A DNA stretch of 64,000 nt from Acutalibacteraceae bacterium. GTDB lineage: Bacteria > Bacillota > Clostridia > Oscillospirales > Acutalibacteraceae. The position numbers were made by a program, and so were the translations under genes. The DNA is taken from assembly GCA_045636945.1 (NCBI GenBank), contig JAZTYO010000023.1, positions 14,485-78,484 of the forward strand. The letters run 5' to 3'. The number at the start of each line of letters is the position of its first letter. The first letter of the stretch is position 1. Below the pieces are notes generated by a model that saw nothing but the letters and a program-made list of their open reading frames with translations, ran no database searches and had not been told where the DNA came from. Of the stretch, positions 37,970 to 45,799 are shown in pieces.

Positions 37970-39342
37970 AAATAGTTGTTTGTGTAAAGCAGGTTACCTC
38001 GGGTGAACTGAATCCGTTTGATGCATGCGCTTTGGAGTGTGCTTTAAGAATACCCGATGCTGAAATCACCCTGCTCAGTATGGGTCGTACCGCGGTTAAG
38101 GGTATGCTTGAGCAGTTGACTAGATTAGGTAATGTTAACGGTGTTTTGCTGTCCGACCTTGCCTTTGCAGGTGCCGATACCTTGGCAACTGGATATGCTT
38201 TGAGCCTTGCTTGTAAAAAACTTAATCCTGACCTTATTATCTGTGGTCGTCAGACTATTGATGGCGATACTGCACAGACGGGTTCTGTGTTGGCTACTAT
38301 GATGGGTTATCCCGTTATTACCAACGTTATGAGTATTGATTCTTTGGATGGTACTGCAATCGCCTGTAAGACTCGTTTGGGTGATGAGAAGGCTAACTTG
38401 CCTGCACTTATCACAGTTGAGCGTATCAATGATCTTCGCAGACCGAGTATACGTTCCAAGACTAGAGAGGTTGTTGTGTGGACTGCTGATGATATTAGTG
38501 CAGACAAGGAAAAATGCGGTCTTAAAGGCTCACCGACTAAGGTTGTAAAGAGCTTTGAGAATGAAAGCGGCAAACGCAAGTGCAAGTTTATAGCACCGAC
38601 AGAATTTGAATGTGCCGTAAATTATGGACTTTCAAAAGAGCCTGATGCTATAAAGATTGAAACTTCGGCAGAGAAACTTAAAAACGTTTGGATTGTCACC
38701 GATGCACCCCGTGCTATGGCCGAAACTGTTTCAGATGATATCAAGGTCATCGAAAAGGATAGTGCCGAGAATATTGCAAAGCTTATAATTGAGGGTAAGC
38801 CCGACGTTGTGCTTTGGCCGAGTGATATTTGGTCTCGAAGAACCGCACCGCAGGTTTCTGCATTGTTAAGCACCGGTCTTTGTGCCGACTGTACCGCTTT
38901 GGAGACCGACGGTAAGGATTTGTTTATGTACCGTCCTGCCTTCAGTGGTAACGTTATTGCAAAAATTCGCTGTGTTACCAAACCACAGATGGCAACCGTG
39001 AGAACAACCTTGAATGATGTCAGCGAGGTTATGTTGGCGGCAGGTAAGGGCGTTCGCGAAAGCTATGATAAGGTAGAGGCCTTGGCTGAAAAATATAATG
39101 CCGAATTGGCGGCATCACGCGGACTTGTTGATATAGGCTTTGCACCGTATGAACAGCAGGTTGGTTTGACAGGTAAAACCGTTAGCCCCAAGGTTTATAT
39201 TGCAGCAGGTATTTCGGGTGCTGTGCATCACATTGTCGGTATGCAACAGGCAGGAACAGTAATTGCTATCAACCCCGATAAGGATGCACCCATTTTTGAG
39301 TACGCCGATTTCGGAATTGTTGCAAATATTGAAGATATATAA
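37966..39342 (+). CDS. single-chain electron transfer flavoprotein (EtfB-like N-terminus fused to EtfA-like C-terminus)
   Basis: 458 aa. N-terminus MKIVVCVKQV...DLIICGRQTIDGDTAQTG...GLKGSPTKV resembles EtfB. C-terminus AASRGLVDIGF...QVGLTGKTVSPKVYIAAGISGAVHHIVGMQQAGTVIAINPDKDAPIF is the EtfA FAD domain. The ATGA overlaps the FGGY stop. Confidence 0.8.
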   Translation: MKIVVCVKQVTSGELNPFDACALECALRIPDAEITLLSMGRTAVKGMLEQLTRLGNVNGVLLSDLAFAGADTLATGYALSLACKKLNPDLIICGRQTIDGDTAQTGSVLATMMGYPVITNVMSIDSLDGTAIACKTRLGDEKANLPALITVERINDLRRPSIRSKTREVVVWTADDISADKEKCGLKGSPTKVVKSFENESGKRKCKFIAPTEFECAVNYGLSKEPDAIKIETSAEKLKNVWIVTDAPRAMAETVSDDIKVIEKDSAENIAKLIIEGKPDVVLWPSDIWSRRTAPQVSALLSTGLCADCTALETDGKDLFMYRPAFSGNVIAKIRCVTKPQMATVRTTLNDVSEVMLAAGKGVRESYDKVEALAEKYNAELAASRGLVDIGFAPYEQQVGLTGKTVSPKVYIAAGISGAVHHIVGMQQAGTVIAINPDKDAPIFEYADFGIVANIEDI

Positions 39343-39357
39343 TTTTAAATTTGATTA

Positions 39358-39393
39358 AATCCCACACTTATTTCAGGTGTGGGATTATTGTTT
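39358..39393 (+). terminator. terminator after the ETF gene
   Basis: Stem aatcccacac / gtgtgggatt followed by T-rich sequence. Confidence 0.55.
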
Positions 39394-39474
39394 ATTACTT
39401 TAAAGCAAAAATATGTTGAAAAAAGTAATATTTGATGTTATAATCATATAAATATTTTCGAGAGGAGCGTTGTT

Positions 39475-40194
39475 ATGTGGTTGCGTAATATCAGAAGCAG
39501 AATAATATCTGACTACGCGGTCATACCTTTTTTGCTTTGTGCAATCGGGCAGGTTGGTGCGTTTTATTCAACTCGACCTGTAAATCGATTTATACATGGT
39601 CCTATTGAAAATTATCTTAATTTGACTACAAAATTAGATGAAATGATACCCGTTGTCCCTTGGTGGGTACTTATTTACATATTTGCATATATTTTTTGGC
39701 TTGTTAGCTATATTTGGATAGCTAAGGAAAGTAAAGAAATGTGTTGTCGTTTCCTTACTGCCGATATGATAGGCAAGATTCTCTGCACATTTATTTTTAT
39801 TGCGTTTCCTACTACCAATATCCGATTAGAGCTTCCTACTGATGATTTTGCAAAACCTGTGCTTGAAATAATATATTTCCTTGATACACCCGATAATTTG
39901 TTCCCTTCAATGCATTGTTCAGTAAGCTGGTTTGCGGCAAGATATGCGGCTAAATGTAATAAAATTCCGCTTTGGTATAAAATTTCGGCTTTTGTAGTAT
40001 CAATTTTGATTTTTATGTCGGTTTTATTTACAAAACAACACGTAATTCTTGATGTTTTCGGTGGTGTTTTGGTTGCTGAAATAGGTATTTTCTTTGGCCA
40101 AAAAGCCAATCTTTATAAGTATTATATGTTATCAGAGGATGTTGTAGGTAACTTCTATGGACGAATTTCTAAAAGAAGAGAAAGAAAAAACTGA
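39475..40194 (+). CDS. PAP2-superfamily membrane phosphatase (PAP2_C / sphingomyelin-synthase-like)
   Basis: 239 aa with about 6 TM helices. FPSMHCS and KQHVILDVFGG correspond to PAP2 motifs C2/C3. Confidence 0.7.
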   Translation: MWLRNIRSRIISDYAVIPFLLCAIGQVGAFYSTRPVNRFIHGPIENYLNLTTKLDEMIPVVPWWVLIYIFAYIFWLVSYIWIAKESKEMCCRFLTADMIGKILCTFIFIAFPTTNIRLELPTDDFAKPVLEIIYFLDTPDNLFPSMHCSVSWFAARYAAKCNKIPLWYKISAFVVSILIFMSVLFTKQHVILDVFGGVLVAEIGIFFGQKANLYKYYMLSEDVVGNFYGRISKRRERKN

Positions 40195-40879
40195 AAAGCC
40201 TTATATAGGGCATCGTATGAGATTAAAGGAACGTTATCGTAACGTTGGCTTTAAAGGTTTTCATGATGTTGAAAAGCTTGAGCTTTTGCTTTTCTTTGCG
40301 ATTCCTCGTAAGGATACTAAGGAAATTGCAAGAGCATTGATCAATCGTTTCGGCTCTTTAATGAATGTTTTTGAAGCCAATGAGGACCAACTTGTGCAGG
40401 TAAAAGGTGTTACTCCGAACGCCGCATTACTTATTTCAATGTTGTTACCTTTATGGAATCAGTGTATAGCCGTTGATGAAAGTCGCTTTAGAATCGAAAG
40501 ATTTGACGAGTGTGGCGAAAAGCTAGTTGAGTATTACAGAGGTAAAGCTGCTGAGCACGTTGTTGCTTTGTGTCTTGACCCTGCGTGCAGAATAATAACT
40601 ATAGAGAAAATTTGCGACGGAGATCTTTCAGGTGTTTTGATTGATGTGAGAAGCCTTGTAGAAAAGGTTCTTAAAAATTCTAAAACTACTGCTGTTATTT
40701 TAGCTCATAACCATCCTGCAGGTATGGCATTACCGTCAAGGGAAGATATAGCAAGCACTATTGATATTGTAAGTATGATGAGAACAATGGGTATAAATGT
40801 AATAGATCATTTTATTGTAACTGATGATGATTATATTTCAATGGCTCAATCTGATAAATTTAGATACATTTTTAAATAA
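40157..40879 (+). CDS. radC: RadC-family JAB-domain protein
   Basis: 240 aa. GHRMRLKERY, HhH region LELLLFFAIPRKDTKEIARALINRFGSL and JAMM motif ILAHNHPAG..PSREDI. A start at 40157 would overlap the PAP2 gene by 38 nt. Confidence 0.85.
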   Translation: MDEFLKEEKEKTEKPYIGHRMRLKERYRNVGFKGFHDVEKLELLLFFAIPRKDTKEIARALINRFGSLMNVFEANEDQLVQVKGVTPNAALLISMLLPLWNQCIAVDESRFRIERFDECGEKLVEYYRGKAAEHVVALCLDPACRIITIEKICDGDLSGVLIDVRSLVEKVLKNSKTTAVILAHNHPAGMALPSREDIASTIDIVSMMRTMGINVIDHFIVTDDDYISMAQSDKFRYIFK

Positions 40880-41022
40880 AATGTAAGTTAATATGTTGTA
40901 ATTTTGTTTTGTTGTGTTATTTTGTTATTTTCTTATTTACAAAAAATTCTTTTGGTTATATACCGGATTTATGTATAAACACAATACTATGCATAAAACA
41001 TATATTTAGGAGTCAGTTTAAA

Positions 41023-41372
41023 ATGAAAAGTTCATTTGAGCGCTTAATTTCATTATTTACTGTTGTTTGTGTTTTGCTTTCAGGTATGCTTTTCGCTATT
41101 GGCGAAATGCTGCTGAAACATTGTCTATGACCGTAGAATCTAAGAATGTAACAGCAAGCGGTACCGATGTTGTCTATTCCACGGATGGAACCGATAAATC
41201 TTATCAGTTGATTATTTCGGGACTTTCAACCGAGAATGGCGATACTTTTTATGAACTTGAAATTGCTGCAGTTTTGTATATTAAGACATCTGTAGGTTAA
41301 AAGTATTTCCGTATTGATTCGGTTACTTATCAGCAAGTTTATGATATCAATGTCGCAAACGGTCTTATTTAA
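41023..41372 (+). pseudogene. decayed gene for a small secreted protein (one frameshift, one in-frame stop)
   Basis: AGGAG RBS. Signal peptide MKSSFERLISLFTVVCVLLSGMLFA. The mature part ANAAETLSMTVESKNVTASG... continues in the +1 frame. TAA at 41298 is followed by 22 more in-frame sense codons. Confidence 0.3.
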
Positions 41373-41447
41373 TTGTTTTGATTAATAATTTGTGATTTGG
41401 GTTTTAACTTGAATTTTTTGTTTATTCATAGCATAGTGTTCTTTAGA

Positions 41448-41484
41448 GAAGTGGTACTCCTCGGTGCCGCTTCTATGATTTTTT
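41448..41484 (+). terminator. terminator-like hairpin 25 nt upstream of mgtC (terminator of the relic gene or a leader attenuator)
   Basis: Stem gaagtggtac / gtgccgcttc (10 bp, two G-U pairs), then tatgatttttt. Confidence 0.45.
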
Positions 41485-41508
41485 AGATAGATTATTAAGG
41501 TGAACGTA

Positions 41509-42180
41509 ATGGATAAGTTTTTGGCACTTGTTAACGATTTTGGAATTGTTTCAATTCTACTGAGGTTGTTACTTTCAGCATTTCTAGGTGGTTGCATTGG
41601 CAGGGAAAGAGGTCGACACGGTCGTGCGGCAGGTTTAAGAACACATATATTGATTTGTCTTGGCGCTGCAATGACTTCCTTGACAGGTCTTTATATTGCT
41701 GAAATCGGTGGTTCCGGTGATATTGCTAGAATATCTGCACAGGTTATATCAGGTATTGGTTTCTTGGGTGTCGGAACCATTATGATACGTAATAATTCTG
41801 TCGTTACGGGTCTTACGACTGCCGCAGGTATGTGGGCAACAGCTACAATCGGTATTGCAGTTGGTTACGGTTTTTATACCGGAGCTTTGCTTGCAACTAT
41901 TATATGCATCTTCACTGCAACTGTTCTTAGCCGTCTTGAAAAGAGCCGTAAAAACGTTTATCATTTTTATGCAGAGGTTTCTGATACGAAATTTACAGGA
42001 ACTGTTGTCGACAAAATCAGAGCATTTAAAAATTGCGTAAACATTGAATTGACTGCACCGAAAAGCAATGCATCAAGCCATATTGCACTTTTGATTGATT
42101 TTAAAATAGACGGTAACTTTGATGAATCAAAACGAGCACTTTCTGAAATTGAAGGAATAGATTTTGTTGTTGAAGAATAA
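41509..42180 (+). CDS. mgtC: MgtC/SapB family protein
   Basis: LLRLLLSAFLGGCIGRERGRHGRAAGLRTHILICLGAA is the MgtC signature, followed by an ACT-like C-terminal domain. Start set at the ATG 5 nt after AAGGTGA. Confidence 0.85.
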   Translation: MDKFLALVNDFGIVSILLRLLLSAFLGGCIGRERGRHGRAAGLRTHILICLGAAMTSLTGLYIAEIGGSGDIARISAQVISGIGFLGVGTIMIRNNSVVTGLTTAAGMWATATIGIAVGYGFYTGALLATIICIFTATVLSRLEKSRKNVYHFYAEVSDTKFTGTVVDKIRAFKNCVNIELTAPKSNASSHIALLIDFKIDGNFDESKRALSEIEGIDFVVEE

Positions 42181-42207
42181 TTAAATTATCTTTTAAATTT
42201 ATTTAAT

Positions 42208-42250
42208 GCCGCAAACGGTTTAGGCTGTTTGTGGCGTTTTTGTGTTTTTT
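42208..42250 (+). terminator. terminator after mgtC
   Basis: Stem gccgcaaacgg / ctgtttgtggc followed by gtttttgtgtttttt. Confidence 0.5.
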
Positions 42251-42436
42251 AACAAAAATAATAATGTAAATTATATTAACATACACTTGAAATATCAAAT
42301 ATATTGTGATATACTTATTAAAACGGAATAAAAACATCAATTATTCCGTATAAATTCTGTGCATTATGCACAATTTAACTAAGCAAAAATATATTACCTC
42401 AATATATTTCAATTTTATTAGCAGAGGATGGTCAAT

Positions 42437-44485
42437 ATGAAACAGTTCGACATCAACAAAATCAAAAGCCTTGCACTTCTCGGTCACGGTTCGTCCGGCA
42501 AAACGACCTTGGCCGACTCTATGCTTTTTTATGCTGGTGTTACCGACCGTATAGGAAAGACTTCCGATGGTACGGCAATAATGGACTTTGACGCTGAAGA
42601 GAAAAAGCGCAGCGTATCAGTTTCTACCGCAGTATATCAGCTTGAATATAAAGATAATAAGATAAATTTGCTTGACGCCCCCGGTCTTTTTGATTTTGCG
42701 GGCGGTGTAAGTGAGGCATTGACCGGTGCGGACAGTGCTTTGATTGTACTTTCCGGTAAATCGGGTCTTAACGTCGGTGCACAGATTAACTATGATCAGG
42801 CAAAGGCTGCGGGTGTGCCCGTATCGTTCTTCATCGGTAAGCTCGATTCTCCGAGAGCTTATTTCTACCGTGTAATTTCAACCTTGACTGCTCATTACGG
42901 TGCAGTTATTTGTCCCGTTGTTATCCCTTACGTTGATGGTGAAACGGTTGTTTCCTACGTCAACCTTATTGAAGGCAAGGCATATAAGTGTGAAGGTGTT
43001 AAGTTTACCGAAACCGATATGCCCGAGAATGACGATATCAACAATATGCGTGACGTTATGCTCGAAGCTGTTGCCAGCGTTGACGAGGCTTTGATGGAAA
43101 AATATTTCGGCGGTGAGGAATTTACTGCCGATGAGATAAAAGAAGCTCTCAAAAAGGGTATGGTTGCAGGTGACATTTGTCCTGTATTTGGCGGTGTAAA
43201 CCAGACAGGTGAAGGCGTTGGCCTTGCGTTGGATATCTTGGCGGATATTGCACCTTCTGCCGCAGACCGTGAATATAAGGTCAAGAATGGTGATGCAGTC
43301 GGTACTGCGAACTGCAATCCCACCGCACCTGCTACTGCAGTTGTTTTCAAGACTATTGCCGACCCGTTTGTGGGTAAGCTTTCTTACTTCAAGGTTATCA
43401 ATGGTAGCGTTAAGTCCGATATGAAGCTTATTAACGTTCGTACCGGTGATGAGGAACGCCTTGGTAAGGTTATGTGGCTCAAGGGCGGTAAGCAGGAGGA
43501 TGCCGATGTCATCAACGCAGGTGATATTGGTTCGGTTGCAAAGCTTGGTAACGTTAAGACTGGTGATACTCTTTGTGCTGCAGGCTCTAACGTTGAGATA
43601 GTTGCTGCAGAATTCCCCAAGGCTTGCCTTTCTATGGCTGTTAAGGTTACTAAGAAGGGTGAGGAAGAAAAGGTTTCTCAGGGCTTGCAAAGACTTTGTG
43701 AAGAGGATCCTACCTTGTCGTTTGGTACCGATAAAGAAACAAGAGAGCTTGTTTTGTCGGGTCTTGGTGAACAGCATCTTGACGTTGTTTCCTCTAAGCT
43801 GAAGAATAAGTTTGGTGTTGAAGTTACTCTTGAAACACCTAAGGTTGCCTACCGTGAAACCATCCGCAAGAAAGTTAAGGTACAGGGCAGACATAAGAAG
43901 CAGTCTGGCGGTCACGGACAGTTTGGTGACGTTTGGATTGAGTTTGAGCCTTGTGACAGCGAGGAAATGGTATTTGCCGAGAATGTATTTGGCGGCGCAG
44001 TTCCCAAGAACTTCTTCCCGGCAGTTGAAACCGGACTTCGTGACTGTGTCAAGAAGGGGACTTTGGCTGGCTATCCTGTTGTAGGTCTTAAAGCAACACT
44101 TGTTGATGGTTCTTACCATCCCGTTGATTCGTCCGAAATGTCCTTCAAGATGGCTGCTGCCGTTGCCTTCAAGGCAGGTATCCCTCAGGCCAATCCCGTT
44201 CTCTTAGAGCCTATTGGAACTCTGAACGTTGTCGTTCCTGACGATGTAATGGGTGATGTTATCGGTGATATCAACAAGCGTCGCGGACGTGTGCTTGGTA
44301 TGAATCCTGCCGAAAACCGCAAGCAGGAGATTATTGCTGAGGTTCCCGTTTCTGAGATGGGCGATTTCCCGACCGCAATGCGTTCTATTGCACAGGGCAG
44401 AGCAGTGTTCGAATTCAAGTTTGAACGTTATGAAGAGGCTCCTCCGTTCATTGCCCAAAAGGTTATAGCTGAAAAAGCTGAGTAA
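42437..44485 (+). CDS. elongation factor G paralogue with a divergent G domain
   Basis: About 682 aa, collinear with EF-G through domains I-V (domain IV tip DGSYHPVDSSEMSFKMAA conserved). G1 is GHGSSGKT, G3 is DAPGL (not DTPGH) and G4 is GKLD (not NKxD). Monocistronic with its own terminator. Confidence 0.85.
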   Translation: MKQFDINKIKSLALLGHGSSGKTTLADSMLFYAGVTDRIGKTSDGTAIMDFDAEEKKRSVSVSTAVYQLEYKDNKINLLDAPGLFDFAGGVSEALTGADSALIVLSGKSGLNVGAQINYDQAKAAGVPVSFFIGKLDSPRAYFYRVISTLTAHYGAVICPVVIPYVDGETVVSYVNLIEGKAYKCEGVKFTETDMPENDDINNMRDVMLEAVASVDEALMEKYFGGEEFTADEIKEALKKGMVAGDICPVFGGVNQTGEGVGLALDILADIAPSAADREYKVKNGDAVGTANCNPTAPATAVVFKTIADPFVGKLSYFKVINGSVKSDMKLINVRTGDEERLGKVMWLKGGKQEDADVINAGDIGSVAKLGNVKTGDTLCAAGSNVEIVAAEFPKACLSMAVKVTKKGEEEKVSQGLQRLCEEDPTLSFGTDKETRELVLSGLGEQHLDVVSSKLKNKFGVEVTLETPKVAYRETIRKKVKVQGRHKKQSGGHGQFGDVWIEFEPCDSEEMVFAENVFGGAVPKNFFPAVETGLRDCVKKGTLAGYPVVGLKATLVDGSYHPVDSSEMSFKMAAAVAFKAGIPQANPVLLEPIGTLNVVVPDDVMGDVIGDINKRRGRVLGMNPAENRKQEIIAEVPVSEMGDFPTAMRSIAQGRAVFEFKFERYEEAPPFIAQKVIAEKAE

Positions 44486-44492
44486 AATATTT

Positions 44493-44524
44493 AAAGCCAC
44501 AATCTTCGTATTGTGGCTTTTTTT
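44493..44524 (+). terminator. terminator after the EF-G paralogue
   Basis: Stem aaagccacaat / attgtggcttt followed by a T-run. Confidence 0.65.
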
Positions 44525-44635
44525 ATGCTTTAAACAGACTTGAAAGAGTAAATAAATGTTGACTTTTTAACGCAATTTAGGTATAATAAATAGATAAAAA
44601 GGTACTAATGTGCTTTTGAATTGGAGTGACTAAAA

Positions 44636-45514
44636 ATGGTCAGAAGTATGACGGGTTACGGCAGAGGAGAAGCCCAGAATGAACAGCTTTCGGTAACGGT
44701 CGAATTAAAGTCGGTAAACCACCGTTTCTTTGAGGCATCGGTAAGGGCTCCGCGTCAGTTTGCCTTTTTGGAAGACAAGTTGAAATCTTATGTTCAGTCG
44801 CGTGTTGCGCGCGGTAAGATTGACATTATGGTTTCCTGCGATTTCGGTGCCGCTATGGCCGATAAAATCGAGGTCAATGAGTCTTATGCCGCAGAGTATA
44901 TTTCCGCTTTAAAAACCTTATCCGAAAAGTTTGGAATTACTGATGATATTTCGGTTTCAAATGTTGCAAGGAATCTGGATGTTTTCTCAGTTACCAAGCA
45001 GAGCCTTGACGAGGACGTTGTGTGGGAGCTTGTGCAGACTGCCGCTACAACAGCCGTAGATAACTTCATCAAAGAACGTGAAGCCGAAGGTCAGCGTATG
45101 GCTGATGACGTTATCTCGCGTACTAAAACCATTTTGGATTACGTTGCTACCGTTGAGGAGCGTTCACCCAAAACCGTTCAGGAATACCGTGAGCGTATTG
45201 AGAAGAAGATGAAGGAATTGCTCGGTGATACCACTGTCGATGAGCAGCGTCTTATCACCGAAACCGCAATTTTTGCCGACCGTGTTGCTGTCAACGAGGA
45301 AACTGTACGACTTCGCAGTCATATTGCTCATTTCAGCGAAATGTGTGAAGCAGGCGGTGTTATCGGTAAGAAGTTGGACTTTACCGTTCAGGAAATGAAT
45401 CGTGAAACCAACACCATCGGTTCAAAATGCCAGGATATTGAAATTTCACATATCGTTGTTGAGATTAAGTCTGAAATTGAAAAGATTCGTGAGCAGATTC
45501 AGAACATCGAGTAA
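44636..45514 (+). CDS. yicC: YicC-family stress-induced protein (endoribonuclease YicC/YloC)
   Basis: MVRSMTGYGRGE N-terminus, SVNHRF, and C-terminal EMNRETNTIGSK (DUF1732). Confidence 0.88.
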   Translation: MVRSMTGYGRGEAQNEQLSVTVELKSVNHRFFEASVRAPRQFAFLEDKLKSYVQSRVARGKIDIMVSCDFGAAMADKIEVNESYAAEYISALKTLSEKFGITDDISVSNVARNLDVFSVTKQSLDEDVVWELVQTAATTAVDNFIKEREAEGQRMADDVISRTKTILDYVATVEERSPKTVQEYRERIEKKMKELLGDTTVDEQRLITETAIFADRVAVNEETVRLRSHIAHFSEMCEAGGVIGKKLDFTVQEMNRETNTIGSKCQDIEISHIVVEIKSEIEKIREQIQNIE

Positions 45515-45526
45515 TAAGGTGATTTT

Positions 45527-45799
45527 ATGAAGCTTGTAAACATTGGTTTTGGTAATATGATTTCGGCGGAACGTCTGGTTGCCATCGTCAGCCCCGATTC
45601 TGCACCGATTAAGCGTATCGTTCAGGAGGCTAAGGAAAAAGGCACTTTGATAGATGCAACTCATGGCAGAAGAACTCGTGCCGTCATTATTACCGACAGT
45701 GATTTGATAATCCTTACCTATCTGCAGTCCGAAACGGTTGCTGCACGACTTGAGGAAACTGATACCGATACTTCGGACGAGGAGACAGAGGATGAATAA
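45527..45799 (+). CDS. remA: RemA/DUF370 family regulator
   Basis: [58 protein letters not shown] is near-canonical RemA. It has an acidic C-terminal tail. Confidence 0.88.
   Translation: MKLVNIGFGNMISAERLVAIVSPDSAPIKRIVQEAKEKGTLIDATHGRRTRAVIITDSDLIILTYLQSETVAARLEETDTDTSDEETEDE

Noticed and set aside
40157-40194. The 38-nt overlap of radC with the PAP2 gene as evidence of a functional fusion or a defence-type RadC.
   Set aside because: This RadC has the standard housekeeping architecture (N-terminal HhH region plus JAMM motif HNHPAG). The overlap depends on an uncertain start-codon choice. No mobile-element or defence genes flank it.
40909-41022. The N-terminal 38 codons of the ORF at 40909-41130 (MLCYFVIFLFTKNSF...).
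   Set aside because: This is a T-rich, low-complexity spacer read through by chance. A proper AGGAG RBS precedes the internal ATG at 41023, which starts a typical signal peptide.
41300-41508. An M-box (Mg2+ riboswitch) upstream of mgtC, and the 71-aa minus-strand ORF at 41382-41597.
   Set aside because: No M-box core motifs are visible; only a single terminator-like hairpin is present. The minus-strand ORF overlaps the mgtC start, has no RBS and reads as low-complexity sequence.
42878-44119. A 413-aa ORF antisense to the EF-G paralogue. Similar long antisense ORFs occur at 34892-35860 (322 aa), 60521-61282 (253 aa), 5881-6651 (256 aa), 36827-37582 (251 aa), 24847-25521 (224 aa) and 3841-4362 (173 aa).
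   Set aside because: Each lies entirely inside a sense-strand gene with strong, motif-level protein identity. All lack an RBS and have low-complexity, Cys/Asn/Leu/Arg-skewed translations with no recognisable motif. This is typical of shadow ORFs produced by codon bias on the opposite strand.
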